A stretch of 64,000 bases of DNA from NCBI RefSeq assembly GCF_006345805.1, contig NC_043004.1, positions 95,480,001-95,544,000 on the forward strand. Direction: 5' to 3'. The notes under the pieces are model-generated. The model worked only from the letters and a program-made list of their open reading frames with translations. It did not search any database and was not told the DNA's origin. This document shows, in pieces, positions 1 to 11,687 of the stretch. The DNA comes from Octopus sinensis (lineage: Eukaryota). The number at the start of each line of letters is the position of its first letter. Positions within the stretch are counted from its first letter, which is position 1. Both the position numbers and the translations under genes were made by a program.

Positions 1-289
1 TATTGTCATTATTTCCTTGATCTTGATCTTGATGTTGTTGTTATTATTCATATCAGAGTGGATATAGTAGTTACTATACTATATCATTCTCACTATTAGG
101 ACCTCTCCTTCCATTTTTTTTTGTTTTTCATGGCTGTTCTGTTTTGTATTATAGTATTTTTTTTCATTTTTCTTTCATTTTATTTTTTCCATAATTGATT
201 CTACAAAATACCCCACCATTATTTTAATTTGTCCCTGTAATGTCTCCTCGTTTTCTCCACCACCTTTACGGCAAGTAAAGAATTTATCA

Positions 290-740
290 TTAATATTATT
301 ATTATTATTATTATTATTATGATTATTATTATTATTGTTGTTATTATCATCATCATCATTATCATTATCACTATCATTATTATTGTTGTTGTTGTTGTTG
401 TTGTTATTATCATCATCATCATCATTATTATTATTACTATTATTATTATTGTTGTTGTTGTTATTATCATCATCATCATTATTATTATTACTATTATTAT
501 TATTGTTGTTGTTGTTGTTATTATCATCATCATCATCATTATTATCACTATCATTATTATTGTTGTTGTTGTTGTTGTTGTTATTATCATCATCATCATC
601 ATTATTATTATTACTATCATTATTATTGTTGTTGTTGTTGTCATTGTTATTGTTGTTGTTGTTATCATCATCATCACCAATACCATTATTATTCGAAAAT
701 GTTAGACATTATTATTATTATTATTGTTGTTGTTGTTGCT
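290..740. repeat. Compound (ATT)n/(GTT)n/(ATC)n microsatellite with ~60-bp higher-order periodicity
   Basis: Blocks of att..gtt..atc recur about every 57-63 bp. Confidence 0.9.
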
Positions 741-1096
741 AGTTTTTTTAAAAAATAAATTTTACTGCTTATCAGCATTGCCGCCATTGTTGTTCTTCCG
801 TATTGTTGCTCGTTGTTGTTGTTTTTGTTTTTGTTGTTGTTGTTGTGAAATGAGTGTTAATATTGTTGCTATTGTATTGGTTTGCAATTATTGTTGTATA
901 GGCTGCATAGTTATTCTAGTGTCGATAACTGGTGGAGGTGATGGCGTGGTGTTGCTTGAAGTAGCCATTGTTTTGGGGGGTTTTTTGTGTGTTGTTATTG
1001 CTTACACAGTTATTGTTACTGTTGTGATTCTTATCTTTAATGGTGTTTTATTATTACAATTTTTGAAAGCACTATTTTACTACTAAAACAACAACA

Positions 1097-1135
<39 letters not shown>

Positions 1136-1196
1136 GATATTATTATCATTATTATCCTTATCATTGAGTGTACTACTTCTACTATTATTACTATTC

Positions 1197-1252
<56 letters not shown>

Positions 1253-1515
1253 TAGTTTTATTTTTATAGCGTGCTTTCACTTCACTACCGAGCGCAGCTC
1301 TGTGTGCCTTGGGTATGTGCTGTGGTTCGCTGTGATGCTCTTATGGTTACTGTATTGAAAGTGTTTTGCGTAGGATGTGTGCAGTGCCCAGTAATGCAAT
1401 TTTCTGTATGTTATATATATTTGTAAGTTCTGGTGTTTTTGTTATGTATTTGTCTGAATATTTTTTTATCGTCGTCGTCGTCCGTCGTCCGTCGGCGGCG
1501 GCGGCGGCGGCGGCG

Positions 1516-1591
<76 letters not shown>

Positions 1592-1607
1592 CATTATTAT
1601 TATTTAC

Positions 1608-1875
1608 CCAGAGGTGAATTATTCAAAACCCAAAGAATTCCTTTCAACACATGGCTATGATGCTCCCCCTCTACTTCCACTCATGATCAGAGATGCACAT
1701 ATCATCAGCCACTAAGAGACATGCTCAACTGGTTAAGGTCAAACAACTGACAAGCAAGTCTGTGGTATTGAGCAGAATATTTGCTGTAGCCCATCTTTTA
1801 TACCAAGACAAAACAATGTACATGATAGCACTTTCGTCAGTTAAGATCAGAAGCCATGAGAGCCAGTGCCTGTAT
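1608..1875 (-). mobile_element. Partial interspersed repeat (SINE-like); second, longer copy at ~2300-2700
   Basis: ~270-bp direct repeat of 2420-2690 (gaggtgaattat...gagccagtgcctg) with many substitutions; non-coding. Confidence 0.6.
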
Positions 1876-2743
1876 TGTTCTCGTCATTGTTGTTGTTGTT
1901 GTTAAAATGGTAAACTGGCAGAATTCTTAGCATGCTGGACAAAATGCTTAGCAACAATTCTTCAACATTTGTTCATACATTCTGACTTCAAATTCTGATA
2001 AGTTGACATTGCCTTTCATCCTTTTTCAAGTTTGATAAAGTACTAATTGAGCACTGGGGTCAATGTAATTGATTATTATCTCCTTTCCCTAAAATTTCAG
2101 ACCTTACACCAAAATTTGAAACCATTATCCTTATTATTAATATTATTGAGTAAGAGAGCAGGGTATGCCATAAAAGTGATGCTGGGATATGAATATATGA
2201 AGCCCAATATACCCATCACAACTATGTCTCTAATAAGGATACACCAATCACATACATCACAAACATGTGTGCAAAACATGGTTATCTTATATCAAGATAA
2301 ACAGTGCATGACCTTGCAGGTGGGGCCCAGTTAGAATTTTCTTCAAGTTGAGTAGCCCATCCTACTCAAAAGGTCCCTGAATAAGGCTTGTTTAAGAATA
2401 TTAAAAAACACCCATGTTTCCTGAGGTGAATTATCCAAACCCCCAAAGAATTCTTCTCAACATATGGCCATGGTGCTCCCCTGCTACTCCTGTTCATGAT
2501 CAGAGATGCATATATTATCAGCCACTAAGGGGCATGCTCGACTAGTTAAGGTGAAGCAACTGACAAGCAAATTTGTGGTACTGAGCAGAATATTTGTTGC
2601 AGCCCATCTTTTATACCAAGACAAAACAATGTGCATGATAACACTTCCAGTCAGTTAAGATCAGAAGACATGTGAGCCAGTGCCTGGGTACTGCAATAGG
2701 GCATTATTATTATTTTTATGATTATTATTATTATTATTATTAT

Positions 2744-2799
<56 letters not shown>

Positions 2800-2838
2800 T
2801 TGGTGGTGGTGGCAGTGGCGACGGCGGCGGTGGCAGTG

Positions 2839-2892
<54 letters not shown>

Positions 2893-3275
2893 ATAGTAGT
2901 AGTAGTAGTAGTAGTAGTAAAGGCTCTTTCTGTTCTGTTTCATCAGCTCCACCCTTCAAATATAAAAACATCTCCTGCCTAAGTCAGTTTTTGCCTTACA
3001 TCTCTTTAGGGTTGATTGAATAAAGAACCAGTTATTTAGTAAAGGACACTAATAATCGACTTGTCCTCTTCACACCAAACTCCAGGACTTGTGTTTATGT
3101 TAGAAACAATTATATTATTATTAGAAGAATTTGAGCAGTGGTTTTCAACTGAGGTTCTTAAGGCCCATGGAGTGGGTGGGGTCCATAGAAGATTTTATTG
3201 TTGAAATTTCTCTGCAATAACTTGGTTATACTTCTGTAATAAACAAAATATTTTAACAATTTTTGTTTAAACAGT

Positions 3276-3536
3276 TACTCTTTTACTCTTTTACTCTGTT
3301 ACTTGTTTCAGTCATTTGATTGTGGCCATGCTGGAGCACTGCCTTTATAGTCGAGCTGAACAACCCCAGAGCTTATTCTTTGTAAGCCTAGTCTCTTTTG
3401 CTGAACCACTAAATTACAGGTACGTAAACACACCAACATCAGTTGTCAAGCAATGCTGGTGGTGGGGTGGCAAACAGACACACAAACATATACACACATA
3501 CATATATATATATATATAATATATATACATATATAC

Positions 3537-3591
<55 letters not shown>

Positions 3592-3760
3592 ATATACGAC
3601 AGGCTACTACCAGTTTCCGTCTACCAAATCCACTCACAAGGCTTTGGTCAGCACAAGGCTATAGTAGAAGACACTTGCCCAAGGTGCCATGCAGTGGGAC
3701 TGAACCTGGGACCATGTGGTTGGTAAGCAAGCTACTTACCACACAGCCACTCCTGTGCCT
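3276..3760 (-). mobile_element. tRNA-derived SINE, major family with internal (TA)n
   Basis: Minus-strand head aggcacaggagtggctgtgtggtaag..ggttcagtccc (A/B boxes); many homologous copies in the window. Confidence 0.9.
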
Positions 3761-3789
3761 ATTAATAGTTCTTAATAGTTCTTGCACTG

Positions 3790-3925
3790 GGCTCCAATCT
3801 GATCTGGCAAGCCAGGAGGCTGCACTAGGCTCCAATCTGATCTGGCAAGCTAGGAGGCTGCACCAGGCTCCAATCTGATTTGGCAAGCCAGGAAGCTGCA
3901 CCAGGCTCCAATCTGATCTGGCAAG
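3790..3925. repeat. 38-bp tandem repeat (about 3.6 units) within an RTE-type 3' tail
   Basis: ggctccaatctgat(c/t)tggcaag starts at 3790, 3828, 3866, 3904. Confidence 0.9.
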
Positions 3926-4308
3926 GTTTCTACAGCTGGATGCCCTTCCTAACAGCAACCACTCCAAGAGTGTAATGGATGCTTTTTACATGACACTGGT
4001 ATGAGGGCCAGTCAGTTGGTGCTGGCATTGACCACCCAAGTATAATAGGAAACAAAGAGGTCCATAAGCAAAAATTGGTTGAAAAGCACTGCATCAGAGT
4101 GCCAGATGGAATGTGGCATTTGTTCTTTATAATCTGAATTCAAACCTTGCTCTGGTCAATTTTACCTTTCATTTTCTTGAAATCGATAAAATAAAGTAAC
4201 AGTTAAATACAGGGATTGGTAATATCAACTAAACTCCCCACATCAAAATTACTAGGCTTGTGCCTAAATCAGGAACCATTTAATGGCAATGAACTAACAG
4301 AATCATTA

Positions 4309-4541
4309 GGCGGTGATCTGGTAGAATCATTAGAACACTGGGACGAATGCTTAGCAATATTTCGTCTGCCGTTATGTTCTGAGTTCAAATTCCGCTGAGT
4401 TCGACTTTGATTTTCATCCTATTGGGTGCAATAAATTATGTACCAGTTACGCACTAGGGTTGATGTAATCGATTTAATCCCTTTGTCTGTACTTGTTTGT
4501 CCCCTTTATGTTTAGCCTCTTGTGGGCAATGAAGAAATAAG
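4309..4541 (+). mobile_element. tRNA-related SINE with CORE-like central domain
   Basis: ggcggtgatctggtagaatc..gagttcaaattcc..ctttgattttcatcc; homologues near 1908, 17584, 37885, 49100. Confidence 0.8.
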
Positions 4542-4734
4542 AATCATTAGTAAATTTGAGTAAATGCCTCTCAGTATTTTTTCAGGTTCTTCCTATTCAG
4601 TGTTCAAACTCCCACAGAGGTCAAATTTGCTTTTCATCTTCCAGATTCATTAAAATAATAAAGTATCAGTCAAGAACTAAAGTTGATTCAATTGACCTAA
4701 TCCCTCCCGCTAAAATTTCTGGCCTTCTGCCGAA

Positions 4735-4773
<39 letters not shown>

Positions 4774-4826
4774 AATATTATTCTTATCATCATTATTATT
4801 CTTATCATCATCATTATCATTATTAA

Positions 4827-4896
<70 letters not shown>

Positions 4897-6226
4897 TCAT
4901 CATCATCATTATTATTATTATCATTATCATTATTATTATTATTGTTATTATTATTATTTGTTTGTAAAAAAAAATGATACATAACAAAACCTAAGGGTTG
5001 CAAAGATCTAAGATGTCACTCTAAAATCTCATTAGTGCCACCAAAAATAAAAAATAAATAAATAAATAAATAGAAAAAAAATTATGAAGTGTTTCACAAT
5101 TATCTTTACAAACAGAACAAAACCCTGCAAAAGATATTTTTTTTAAATGTGAAATAGAAAATAAAAAAAATAGAATGAAAGAGTGTGAGAGAGGAAATGA
5201 CAAAAAAAAAGCAAGACATAGAGGGGGATAAAGAGGGGGGAAAAATTTATGAAATTTCATTAAATAAATAAAATTATATAAAATTAAAAAAAAAAACAAA
5301 GTAAACAAGCATGGTTGGCTTTTTTTATCTGATCAAGACTGATATTGTTTGATATCACAAACATTTACACCTTGGATACCTGGATACTACAACTACTACT
5401 ACTACTACAATTACTACTACTAATACTAATACTACTATTACTACTATTACTACTGCTACTGGCTAATTTTGTTCAATGGAGATAAAAGGTTGATGGCAGT
5501 AGGGGTGAACGTTAGGTAGATGGTGGGGTGGGTAAGATGAAGTACAAGAAAGAAAGAGAGGAAGAGGGAGAGAGGGGTGGGAGAGAGAAGGGGAGAGAGA
5601 GGTGGGGGTGGTGCCACAAGTTTGATTTATGATATAAAAGAGTTCATGCATGGTGGGGTTTCATTGTAGTTTTTTTTTCTTGTACATTCTGAAATAAAAA
5701 TAAAACACCTTTATCATCATCATCATTATCCTCATCCTCATCATCATCATCAGCATCATCATCATCATTATCATCATCATCATCAAATATAATCAACACT
5801 AATGCTGTTGTCATCATAGTTGTTGTTGTTCTTGCTGTTGTATTCTTTTATTATTATGAAACAGAATCATAAATTTTACTTTCTTTTAACTTTGTTTTCA
5901 TTTCAGAGTGGGTGGCTGACGTGAGTTGGGTAAGAGTTGAATTATCAGAGACTGTAAAATACCTCACATCAGAGAGACATACATTATAAATTCCACTATA
6001 TACATTTATACATAGATTACATACATAGAATAACGTGTATACACATATATATTTAAACATTGTAAAATATATTTAGAGCTCATATTGTATATACATATAG
6101 ATATATATCCATACAAGTATGTATGTATATATATATAGGGAGAGTTTATGAAAAAAACAAAAGACAAAGACAGGTGGTGTACAAAACAAACAGATGTATT
6201 AGTATAATGTTCAGGAATAGAAAAAG

Positions 6227-6263
6227 TCTTTTATGTTTCGACCCTACGCTCTTCTACAGAAAG
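6227..6263 (-). ncRNA. Degenerate minimal type I hammerhead-like motif (A6U core) in a (TA)n-flanked repeat
   Basis: Minus strand ttt CTGTAGA A GAG cgtagg GTC GAAAC ATA aaaga; same family as 45414-45451; duplicate copy at 24496-24532. Confidence 0.55.
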
Positions 6264-6365
6264 TGACACAAAAAACAAGGAGAGAAAAAATTGTGTGTAG
6301 TGGCTAACGATCTATCATGGTGATATATATATACACACACACATATATATATATATATATAATAT

Positions 6366-6398
<33 letters not shown>

Positions 6399-6689
6399 CA
6401 TCATCATCATTATCGTTTAATGTCTGCTTTCCATGCTGGCATAGTTTGGACAGTTTGACTGAGGATCATCAAGTCAGAAGGCTGCACCAGGCTCCAATCT
6501 GATTTGGCAGTGTTTCTGCAGCTGGATGCCCTTCCTAATGGCAACCACTCTGAGAGTGTAGTGGATGCTTTTTACATGCCACCGGCATAGGGGTCAGTCA
6601 GGCGGCACTGGTATAAACTGTGCTTGAATGGTGCTTTTTATGTGCCACTGGCCATGGTGCCAGTCAGGTGGCACTGGCATCGTCCATAT

Positions 6690-6723
<34 letters not shown>

Positions 6724-7789
6724 CTGTGTGTATAGATTGTTTGAAATGGTATACAGGTATTGTATATTGAGAAAAAGGAGGCAGTCAGAATTTTGGATAA
6801 TTCTTTATTAGTGCTTTCGTTTGTTTATGGAACCCATCAAGACAAAATCAAGATGGATTTATATGGATCGGATGTTTTTTAGCTTTGTTCAGAAGGGGAG
6901 AAACATTTTTTCTTTTTGAGAGGAAAAGAGGAGAAAGAAGGAAAGAAAACAGGGGCGGGAGGCAGGATTTGACAGAGAGAGAGGTTTCAGGGCTATCAAG
7001 AAAGAGGAAAAATATAATAAAGGATGGGGAAAGGATAGAGAGAGAGAGAGGGAGGGGAAAAGGGGGAGAGAGAGATGAAGAGAGAGAGAGTGGTTTCTTT
7101 TCAATTTGATGTGGTCAACCCATTGAAATTTCATTACAAAGCATTTTTCATTTTTTCTTTTCGCTTTTCTTGTATTTTCTTTTTTTCTTCTTTTTCTCCA
7201 TTGTATACATATCAACATATTTGTAAATAAACACATTTTCTCACAAGGGCTGGTGACCTTTCAAGATGTTAATTTTAGGAAGTAGGATGAGGTAAGATAA
7301 GAAAAGAGGGAAGTGTATGGTCATAACTGAGAAATAAAAAAAGAGTTCAAAGTTCAAAGTTCAAAGTCTTATGAAAATGTATATTCCTTTACACTTGTAT
7401 AGTCAAATCCCAAATTCTGTGTAATTCCATGTTTTGCATGAACAAACATTAAATATTGATACAACATTCATAAACTAGGGAAATAAAGTCAGAATATATA
7501 AAAATATAGTTTGAATTTGGTACTGTTTATAATTCAGTCTATTCTCTATGTACATTTAATCAAACATCATAAACGAGTTTTGTAATAACATGTATATTGA
7601 GAGAGAGAGGTGGGGGGAAGCCACTTTGTAGGCTATGAATTATATAACAAAGCAGGGCCTGCTTAAATATATTTTTGAATATCTTTCATTATTTTGCAGG
7701 ATTTCTTTTTCTTGTTTGCTTGCTTGGATAAGATAATCCAAAACAGATCTTTTACACAAATTACTTTGCTAAGTAGCTGCATTAGATAT

Positions 7790-8844
7790 TGTTGTGGCAG
7801 ACACCCCCAGGTGAAAAGTGGGCTGGTCCACTCCTAATAGTGGACAGACTCAGTAAGTAATGTCAGTTAGCAAGGTACGTTGTTCTGGCCAGTCATGCAG
7901 GTAATGAAATACATCATCATAATGTGAGACATATCAGTGGTAACGAGGAAGGATTCAGAGCTCATGCAGTGGAAAAATGTTAAAAATCCTGAGGTGGGAT
8001 TTGAACTTCACACAGTGGAAAGTAATATATAGACAGTGAAAAATATATAAGAAAAATTATTCTGAAGAAGAAAATAAAAGGATTCTGAAGAAAAAAATTG
8101 TCAGATAAAACTCTAACACATAATTGAACTTCACACAGTGAAAAGCGATATAAACACAGTGAAAAATATATTTAAAAAAAGTATTTTGAAGAAAAATGTC
8201 AGATAAAACAGGGAATCTAACACAGAATTGAACTTCACACAGAGAAAAGTAATAGACACAGTGAAAAATATATAAAAAAATGATTTTGAAGAAAAATATG
8301 TCTGACAAAATTGGAACTCTAACACAAAACTCAACTGCACACAGTAAAAAATAATCTAAGTACATTTGAAGGATTTAAGTCAGGTCGCTATATGTAGTAG
8401 CACTACCAATAAACAATGTAGACTGGTACAACCTGCGGCATTTTGAAGAAAAAAATATGGTTCTGTTTGGAACAAAAAATAATAATAATAATGAGTCCAT
8501 TCAAAGATTTTAAGTCAGGTCACTATATGTTAATGTAGATTGGTACCACCTGCAGCATTTTGAAAATAAAATACATTCTGCATGGAACAAGAAAAATTCT
8601 GAATAAGATGAGAAAAATATTTCCGTGTGTGGAAGAAAAAGAAATAAAGAAAACAATGTATCGAAAGAAGAAAAAATTTTCAAAAGGGGGAGGTGTTGTG
8701 GCAGACACCCCCAGGTGAGAAGTGGGCTGCTTCACTGCTAATTAATAGTGGACAGACGCAGTAAGTAATGTCAGCCAGCAAGGTACGCTGTTCAAACCGG
8801 TCACTCCGACAACGAAACACATCGTCACAATGCGGGAGATATCA
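7790..8844 (+). mobile_element. Non-autonomous LTR element (TRIM-like): LTRs 7790-7936 and 8694-8844
   Basis: Both LTRs begin TGTTGTGGCAG and end TATCA; PBS-like TGGTAACGAGGAAGGATTC at 7938; PPT aaaagggggagg 8682-8693; 5-bp TSD GATAT (7785-7789, 8845-8849); duplicate copy at 26083-27140. Confidence 0.88.
8001..8370. repeat. ~100-120-bp tandem repeat inside the LTR element
   Basis: ttgaacttcacacag starts at 8001, 8124, 8228, with a degenerate copy at ~8329. Confidence 0.85.
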
Positions 8845-9086
8845 GATATCTTTTCTAATCACTGGTATAATAGTTCTAGTATTCTTACTCAGTTCTATAA
8901 GAAAAGCAGTTGTCAAAATCCCAATGTTATACATATATCTGATCATTTATAGAGATAAGTATTACATTATTAACATTGGAGCCACATTCAAAAACAGCAG
9001 TAACAGTGTAATACAAATGTTTTCTCTTCATCCATCATCATTACTATTAAAAAATAATAATAATAAAGTGGTAAAATGATTATTAA

Positions 9087-9306
9087 CCCTTTCATTAGTG
9101 TATTTATTTTGAGATGCTCTGTGTTTCTTTTAATTACTTTAAATATAACAATGAATTTAGTAAAATTACTTGGTTATCATTAAGCTAGTGTTAGGAACAT
9201 AAATTGTGACTAAGGTTTGGTGGAAGATTTTAATTCAAAACTTATGAAAACAAGACATTTGTACTCAGAGCCAGAGCCGGTTTCAACCGGGTTGGTAATG
9301 AAAGGG
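9087..9306. mobile_element. piggyBac-type MITE (220 bp)
   Basis: TTAA|CCCTTTCATTA ... TAATGAAAGGG|TTAA: perfect 11-bp TIR and TTAA TSD; duplicate copy at 27383-27602. Confidence 0.85.
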
Positions 9307-9619
9307 TTAAGAAACTTTCTTGACAGACACCAAAACCAGCTAGCATACATTGCTGTCACCTTACATGGTATGTGAATATTGTTAGACAGCATTTTAGTGT
9401 TCATTTGCATTATTTCTCCCTAGTCACATTAGTTGGGCACAGAGTTTATGTGAGCTAAACATGTAATGTTCATAGTTTGTTTCATTAGGAAGGATATTCA
9501 TGCACGTTGTCTCTGTTTCTCTAACCAATATTTTTGACAAACTGTAGTCCCTCTGCTTCTCTTTCAAATATATATAGATATACGATGTATACACACACAC
9601 ACACACACACATGTATATA

Positions 9620-10713
9620 TATCATCATTTAACGTCTGTTGTCCATGCTGGCATGGGTTGGATGGTTTGATCAGAACTGGCAAGCTGGAAGGCTGCACCA
9701 GACTCTCCAGTCTGATTTGGCATAGTTTCTATGGCTGGATGCTCTTCCTAATGCCAACCACTCCGAGAGTGTAATGGGTGCTTTTACATTCCACCGGCAG
9801 GAGTGCCATTTAAGTGACACCGGTGTCTGTCACGACTGCAGTTTTACTTGGCTTGATGGGTTTTCTTCTCAAGCAAGACATAATGCTGAAAGGACTCGGT
9901 CATTGCCTCCATGAGGCCCAATGCTCAAAATATGGCATAATGCTAAATGGTCTCAGTCCTTGCTCCCATGAGACCCAACACTCAAAAGGTGCTTTTACGT
10001 ACCACAGGCATGGAGGCTATTTGCATGACACCGGTATCTGCCATAATCGTAATCTTACTTGGCTTCATTGGTCTTCTCCTCAAGCAGAATATAATCCCAA
10101 AGGTCTTGGTTATTATCTCTGTGAGGCCCAACACTCGAAAGGAGCTCAACCACTTTTGTCTCCATGAAGCTCAATGCTCAAAAGCTGCTTTTTACGTGCC
10201 ACCTGCACAGGTACCAGTAACGTGACACCAGCATTGGCCACAACTATGGTTTCACTTAGCTTGATGGGTCTTCTCAAGCACAGCATATTGCCAAAGGTCT
10301 TGGTTACTTATCATTGCCTTTGTGAAGCCTAAAGTTCGGAGATGATTCTTTACCACCTCATCCCATGTCTTTCTGGGTCAACCTCTACCACAGGTTCTCT
10401 TCACAGTTAGGAGTCAGCATTTCTTTAAACAGCTGTCTTCATCCATTTGCATCACATGACCATGTCAACCCATACGTCTCTCTTGCACACCACATCTGAT
10501 GCCTCTTATTTCTAACTTTTCTCAAGATGCCTACACTCTGTCGAACATGCACACTGACATTGCAATCCAGCGACGCATACTGACTTCATTTCTTTCAAGT
10601 CTACGCATGTCCTCAGCTGTCACAGCCCATATTTCACTGCCATGTAGCATAGCTGTTTGCACACAAGCATCACGCAATCTGCCTTTCACTCTGAGAGAGA
10701 GGAACTTAGTTGC
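9620..10713 (-). mobile_element. 5'-truncated RTE-clade LINE (RT C-terminus plus 3' UTR)
   Basis: Minus-strand translation LSLRVKGRLRDACVQTAMLHGSEIWAVTAEDMRRLERNE; 3' tail ending ..ttaaatgatgat. Confidence 0.85.
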
Positions 10714-10714
10714 C

Positions 10715-10900
10715 AGCTGGTACTGATGTATCTTCTTCTGCCATTTTTATTTATCTGCTGACTGCCATTCTGCATAAGAGTGTATGTTGCAGCATCTAAA
10801 CCTTTGTTTATATATTTGTAAACACACTGAATGGAGTTAACAGAGTTGCAGAATTCAACATTGACTCTGGCTACCTGTACTCGTCTTGGCTTCACAGTAG
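10715..10900 (-). mobile_element. Helitron Rep-domain fragment
   Basis: VNVEFCNSVNSIQCVCKYINKGLD...DEVAQYGRRRYIS (copy 2) resembles the Helitron INVEXCXSVKSIKYXXKYXXKGXD...DEIXXYXXGRYIS motif. Confidence 0.8.
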
Positions 10901-11069
10901 AATACCGATCATCTACATCTACCCCGACTCCTCTTGTAGAGAGTGAGAACATTGTTCTCGGAAACTTTTTTGAAAATTAAAATGGTGATTAAATGAAAAT
11001 ATGAGTTACGTGAATATCTTCACAAGAGTGATTGAAATAAATGGCGATGTAGAATGCCCCACGTGCGCG

Positions 11070-11111
<42 letters not shown>

Positions 11112-11319
11112 TATACATACAGTATCAAACATCAGATGAAATGGACGTGTGTGTGTGAGAGAGAGAGAAGGGGTGTGCTGTCATGTATACGTACATGAAT
11201 AAATATACATATATCTTTTTCGTATGTGAGAGAGAGAGAGAAAGAAAGAAAGAAACAAACAAACAAACAAACAAAGATAGAAAGAAAGAAAGAGAAAGAA
11301 AGGGAATGCCACTTGGACA

Positions 11320-11357
<38 letters not shown>

Positions 11358-11687
11358 TCTCACACATACACACACACGCTCACATACATACAAAAAAGAT
11401 GTATGCATATGTATTTATATTCGTACGTATACATAGCAACACACCCCTTGACTGACTCTCTCTCTCTCTCTCTCTTTCACACACACACACACACACACAC
11501 ATACAAAAACACGTGTGCGTGTGTGACTGACTTGTGTGTGTGAGAGAACATTGCAAACTTTTAGGTCCGCTGTAGGCAATATGTATTTTTGTAGAGGCCC
11601 AGAGGCGACAAACTGAACGGCCACCCCTGGCGGCACACACTCTAGCTACACTGTTCTTTTGAATTAAAATATCTGAATAAACCAATT

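Larger units (their letters stand above)
3136..4091. mobile_element. hAT-type MITE interrupted by a SINE and an RTE-tail fragment
   Basis: Termini cagtggttttcaac (3136) and gttgaaaagcactg (4078-4091) are 13/14 inverted repeats of the CAGTGGTT type; 8-bp flanks aatttgag/catcagag match 5/8. Confidence 0.6.

Noticed and set aside
219-742. Long Ile/Leu/Met-rich ORFs on both strands (also 46742-47452, 63253-64000 and many YI/TH repeats)
   Set aside because: Translations of tri- and dinucleotide microsatellites, open in several frames
7248-7291. Plus-strand exon candidate with a GAG|GTAAGA donor
   Set aside because: Stop codons in all three frames
8001-8370. CRISPR-like repeat array
   Set aside because: Eukaryotic context; whole ~100-bp units are homologous, with no unique spacers or cas genes
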